Below, piece after piece: positions 63,918 to 64,000 of a DNA stretch of 64,000 bases. The notes under the pieces were generated by a model that did no database searches, was not told the DNA's origin, and saw nothing but the letters and a program-made list of their open reading frames with translations. The position numbers were made by a program, and so were the translations under genes. The stretch lies in assembly GCA_964304625.1 (NCBI GenBank), contig OZ199840.1, positions 8,705,487-8,769,486 on the forward strand. The letters run 5' to 3'. The DNA is from Kudoa neothunni (lineage: Eukaryota > Animalia > Cnidaria). Each line of letters opens with the position of its first letter. The first letter of the stretch is position 1.

Positions 63918-64000
63918 AAATTATTTTTCAAGTTATCATAGCCAAGTATGTAACGAATTTTCGAATTCATTTTGTTTTTTTTGTGCACAACTCACTGCGC

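Noticed and set aside
1-64000. Prokaryotic systems (CRISPR array, operon, diversity-generating retroelement)
   Set aside because: Genes have spliceosomal introns. No repeat-spacer array or reverse transcriptase was seen, and variation among paralogues is not adenine-specific.

Overview
AT-rich eukaryotic genomic DNA with very short (~39-64 nt) GT-AG introns and many DNA-transposon remnants. The style resembles a compact-intron animal parasite such as a myxozoan, but that is inference and the taxon cannot be fixed from this window. The main feature is a six-member tandem family of 10-exon genes: one on + (5446-8446) and five on - (14268-17198, 27163-30098, 39787-42705, 45854-48780, 51267-54182). 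Each encodes a signal peptide, about six Cys-rich fibronectin-type-III-like modules on phase-1 exons, two microexons (19 and 18 nt), one TM helix and a 5-residue KKK(N/R)D tail; copy 1 splices to 867 aa. The membrane-distal domains are highly variable and mosaic between copies, while the membrane-proximal end is nearly identical among the five - copies even in introns. This looks like a recombination-diversified variant membrane/surface protein family. The ORF track fragments these genes and misses their signal-peptide exons, microexons and TM exons. Spacers hold hAT, piggyBac, Tc1-like, pogo/Tigger, MULE, Ginger-like and Helitron elements, several nested, with TIRs/TSDs and empty sites visible in paralogous segments. 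The right end has an SSR2 (TRAP-beta) gene and a C19orf47-like gene, each preceded by an NRF1-like motif, plus a tRNA-derived SINE. Many single-base frameshifts, including one in SSR2, suggest consensus indel errors.
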